From the NCBI GenBank assembly GCA_965648915.1, contig CBFGIV010000027.1, positions 1 to 30,510 of the forward strand: a DNA stretch of 30,510 nt, given 5' to 3'. The translations under genes were made by a program, and so were the position numbers. The stretch is from a candidate division WOR-3 bacterium. GTDB lineage: Bacteria > Hydrothermota > Tepidihabitantia > SM23-42 > CAYGYG01. Within the stretch, counting starts at the first letter, position 1, and every line of letters begins with the position of its first letter. Below the pieces are notes generated by a model, which worked only from the letters and a program-made list of their open reading frames with translations, ran no database searches and was not told where the DNA came from. Of this stretch, positions 27,552 through 30,510 are shown piece after piece.

Positions 27552-27579
27552 ATTATATTTATCAGATGAAAGATGTCAA
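27552..27579 (-). promoter_or_regulatory. Consensus-hexamer sigma70 promoter of the hdr operon (TTGACA-16-TATAAT)
   Basis: Minus-strand TTGACA at 27579-27574 and TATAAT at 27557-27552. Confidence 0.8.
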
Positions 27580-27762
27580 TCTCAAAAAAAATGTAGATAG
27601 ACCTAAATATCGTAACCAGGTACTAAAGTTCTTAAAGGAGATATCGACAAGTGAGTCCGTTCCCCGTACAATGGACAAAAGAAAAAACAAGCGAAAAGTG
27701 CAGAGTTTTTAGTAGTGTTCGGGGACAATCCCCTGATGATATGGTCTGTCTGGTTAACAAGT

Positions 27763-27805
27763 CTACCTGTGCATGGCACCTGTCTGTATCCTGTTGCACA
27801 GGCAG
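27763..27805. repeat. Short inverted-repeat element CTACCTGTGCA...TGCACAGGCAG
   Basis: 10/11 inverted repeat around a 21-nt core that contains a related CCTGTCTG copy. Confidence 0.55.
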
Positions 27806-27842
27806 GGGAATAAATTTTTTCCTGTCAAATACTCAGAGGTTT

Positions 27843-28984
27843 TTATTCTATTATCACAGCTTTCTTTTTAATTACCTTATCCTTACTCTCAACCCGCACA
27901 AAATAGACACCGGGATTCAACGAAATCCTGAGCCATACACCAGAGAAGGAAGATCGAGACATATCCCTAACCAGCTTACCGGTAATATCGTAGATTTTTA
28001 TTCTTAAATCCTTACCGGTTATCTGTAATCTGAGATCTGACTTCGCTGGATTCGACCAGATTCTAAGATCATATCTTGTTTCTAACTTCCGGGTTCCTGT
28101 CTCTCCTACTCCTACTTCCCGATCATACCAGATCTGGGCACTATCGCTGTGCTCCTTGGCTTTGAGTGAATCATGCCCACCAACAATTGCATAGGCAACT
28201 CGTTGTTTGCCGCCAGGAGTGAGATTGAAAGGGCCAGCCGAGGCACAAACACCATAATCATAGTATCTTATTGCAAAGGGGATACGAATTGTGCCATTTA
28301 AGTAAAGCCATAAGGTGGAATCAAGATCAGGCAAAAACTCGGTTAGGGAAAGGTTGGCAAAGGTTTTCGGATAGAGCAGTCTGAGCCCAATCGTTGGGTT
28401 TTCATAGTCACCATACCACATATATATAAATCTCTTTAAAGAATCAACTCTTCCCCAGTTTTCTCTCGGAATAGTGATGTCAATATCAAGAAACATTCCT
28501 GAATAGAGATTGTTAATTGTCGAATCGGTGGGATTTCCGAAATCGTAGATAAGAATAACAAAATCATCGTATCCGGGGAAGAAGCTCGTGCCCCGACCCA
28601 TGAACCATGCCCTTGCTAAAATGCCTCAGGAATTGGATGGTCAGCATCGCTGGTTAAGCATTTATACATCTGCTCGCTACCCCACAAGGGAGGAATGACT
28701 GGATTCATACTGTCTACCAGTTTCCAGTCTCGATCATAACATCGGTCAACTATATATCCTTGTGAATTTCCTATTACAATACCTCCCCAAAAAAGATGGG
28801 AGAGTCTGTTTTTTGGATATCGGAACCCGTGACCCGAATCAGGCGGATTAGCATAACCTACCCCGCCATCCGCCGAAACGGTAAGCAGACAATAGCCGGT
28901 GTCAACATCCGACCAGACTCGCCCCTGAGCACTGAGCCAGGAAATAAATAGTAAGAAATTCGAAATTAAACAGATAAATCTCAT
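27843..28984 (-). pseudogene. Secreted protein with a T9SS-like C-terminal domain, split by a 1-nt frameshift at about 28624 (ORFs 28616-28996 and 27843-28601)
   Basis: The upstream ORF has a signal peptide (MRFICL..LSAQ) and the downstream ORF has the CTD. Junction CCT GA-GGC ATT TTA GCA gives a continuous HPIPEGILARAWFMGRG if one base is added. Could be a sequencing error. Confidence 0.75.
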
Positions 28985-28996
28985 ACTTGTAGCCAC

Positions 28997-30019
28997 CTAT
29001 TCAACAACAACTACTTTTTTCGTTACGGTCTTATCATCAAGGCTAAATGTGATGAAATATACCCCGGGATTTAGCGAAATGGTGAAAAATTTATCACGGA
29101 TAATGTTGCACGATAAATCTTTTACCAGCTTACCTGATATATCATAAATCTTTAATGCTATCTTCTGACTTCGGCCATCTTTTATCTGTAATCTGATCTC
29201 CCTTCTCGTCGGATTCAGTAATATTTTTAATCCTGTATCAAGTATCGAGTATCGAGTAGCTTCTTTTACTTTTGTCTCTCTTATTGCAAATACGCTGTCT
29301 GAAAAGTCCCAGGCCGTGCCTCGAGGTTTGTCTTCACCAGGTCTCGGCGGTCCATAAGCCCAGATCATAATCTTGCAGGAATCGGACAATGAATCTGGAA
29401 CATTCCATAAATAAAGTGTATCGTTCGATTGCTGAATGGTTGTGATGGTTTGATAGTTGCGACCATTGTCAAAAGAAATAAAAAGGGTAAAGGAATCGGC
29501 GCCAGGTGGGGTAAATTTCTCCCAGGTGATGGGGAATTGGGAACCGGGTTGTAATACTTCACCACCATTGGGTTGATGTAACCTGACGCCTTCGATTTCC
29601 CAGATAAATGTTACACTTCCGCTCGGATATCGAGCCGAATCACCTGACTCAATTACTTCAGGATAACCATTACCATTCAAATCATAAACATATACTTGAC
29701 TAGTCCTGCGACTGTTAGATACAGGATAAGCAGAAAAGACTCGTTCATAAGTCTCGAGCTCTTCGCCCTCTTCAATCATTGCTTGGATTTCTGCATCTGA
29801 AGGGAAGTAAGGACACCCGATTCTAAAAGTAAAAACATAACACGAAATTTCACCGTTCAGATCATAAGCAGCGAGGACCGGCCCCATTGCCACTTGTCCC
29901 CAGCGGGCCTGGGCACGAGCCAAGGCGATAGTTTTAATCTTCTCAAAAGGAACAAAATCAGCAGCAAAAAAGTAAGAAATGATAAATAAGAAAACAATCA
30001 ACAACATCGATTTTCTCAT
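28997..30019 (-). CDS. Secreted protein with a PNGGE Ig-like domain and a T9SS-like C-terminal domain; possibly chimeric
   Basis: Probable start at ATG 30019 (MRKSMLLIVF.. signal, AGGGGG SD); one FG-GAP-like YDLNGNGYPEVI motif; HQPNGGE..ITW..YLWNVP..DFSD..F; IYDISGKLV..LNPGVYF..KKVVVVE. Confidence 0.8.
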   Translation of the reverse strand: MRKSMLLIVFLFIISYFFAADFVPFEKIKTIALARAQARWGQVAMGPVLAAYDLNGEISCYVFTFRIGCPYFPSDAEIQAMIEEGEELETYERVFSAYPVSNSRRTSQVYVYDLNGNGYPEVIESGDSARYPSGSVTFIWEIEGVRLHQPNGGEVLQPGSQFPITWEKFTPPGADSFTLFISFDNGRNYQTITTIQQSNDTLYLWNVPDSLSDSCKIMIWAYGPPRPGEDKPRGTAWDFSDSVFAIRETKVKEATRYSILDTGLKILLNPTRREIRLQIKDGRSQKIALKIYDISGKLVKDLSCNIIRDKFFTISLNPGVYFITFSLDDKTVTKKVVVVE

Positions 30020-30407
30020 AAAAGCCCCCTTTAATAGATGGCCCTTAGCCATTTGGTGTGCCATAAGCAGACCGGGGTTCTCAAACCCGATTACCAAAAC
30101 CTCACCCCCTCTCAGATTTGACAACAGACACCCGATCAGACATTCTTTTCAAAGAATATTAGATACCCAGTTTAAAAAAGTCAAGAATTTTTTAAAAATT
30201 AAGCGGGCAGGATCAAGTCTTTTCAGCCGAATATCACTTTAACAGCTGGCGGAGCAGTGAAGCTTTAAACTCTGTTATTTCGTCCTTAATACTGGCCTAT
30301 CCTTTCTCAATTTTATAATTATGGAATACAGAGGAAGTTTAATGCTTGGCATCTCTCTTTATCTTCCTTTATGTTCACAGTCCCCTGAGTCCTCTCCACT
30401 TTTCCTT

Positions 30408-30436
30408 TTGATTTTTTAGGAATTTTAAGGTATGAT
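30408..30436 (+). promoter_or_regulatory. Candidate promoter TTGATT-17-TATGAT
   Basis: Located just upstream of the AAGGAGG SD and the ATG at 30454. Confidence 0.45.
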
Positions 30437-30453
30437 GAGGCAAGGAGGAAGAT

Positions 30454-30510
30454 ATGCAAAAACTAAAAATAGGCCTTACCCCACCATACCCATTAAAGAG
30501 ACTAAGAAAG
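30454..30510 (+). CDS. 5' end of an unidentified gene (MQKLKIGLTPPYPLKRLRK...), truncated by the window edge
   Basis: Strong SD AAGGAGG, ATG, and a frame open to the window end. Confidence 0.6.
   Translation, partial: MQKLKIGLTPPYPLKRLRK

Noticed and set aside
27843..29260. Diversity-generating retroelement TR/VR pair among the CTDs
   Set aside because: The similarity is ordinary paralog-level divergence, not adenine-specific, and no reverse transcriptase is in the window.
30020..30150. Riboswitch in the leader of the last cargo gene
   Set aside because: Two small hairpins are possible, but I could not match any known aptamer consensus.
284..30242. Numerous short alternative-frame or antisense ORFs (for example 284-499, 12183-12590, 27651-28007, 29979-30242)
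   Set aside because: They shadow well-supported genes or repeats and show no recognisable motifs.

Overview
A 30.5-kb bacterial chromosomal window from an anaerobic diderm. Gene style and the many T9SS-like C-terminal domains suggest an FCB-adjacent candidate lineage such as WOR-3; this is inference only. The housekeeping part (1-15.4 kb) carries arsR plus a permease fragment, lolA, a thioesterase, rimO, TPR proteins, tRNA-Arg(CCT), a GH57 hydrolase, a large Alu-containing SRP RNA-dnaX-ybaB cluster, rpsF-ssb-rpsR-rplI-DUF151, a hydrogenase maturation protease and a TolB-like protein. The right half has an hdrC-hdrB-hdrA(GltD-inserted, HdrL-like)-mvhD operon interleaved with five secreted-protein loci ending in T9SS/FlgD-like sorting domains. 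Notable points: (i) four of the five cargo loci are frameshifted, signal-less or apparently chimeric, while the recognisable housekeeping genes look intact, and one cargo ORF sits inside the hdr operon; (ii) 7-bp tandem repeats lie within the coding sequence at two sorting domains; (iii) a roughly 450-bp intergenic mosaic holds GTAG REP-like hairpins, a MITE-like element and 7/8-bp arrays; (iv) six near-consensus sigma70 promoters have a 16-bp spacer, and two of them imply leaderless mRNAs (rpsF, hdrC). No CRISPR array, integrase, transposase or reverse transcriptase is visible. All calls come from reading motifs by eye; no searches were run.
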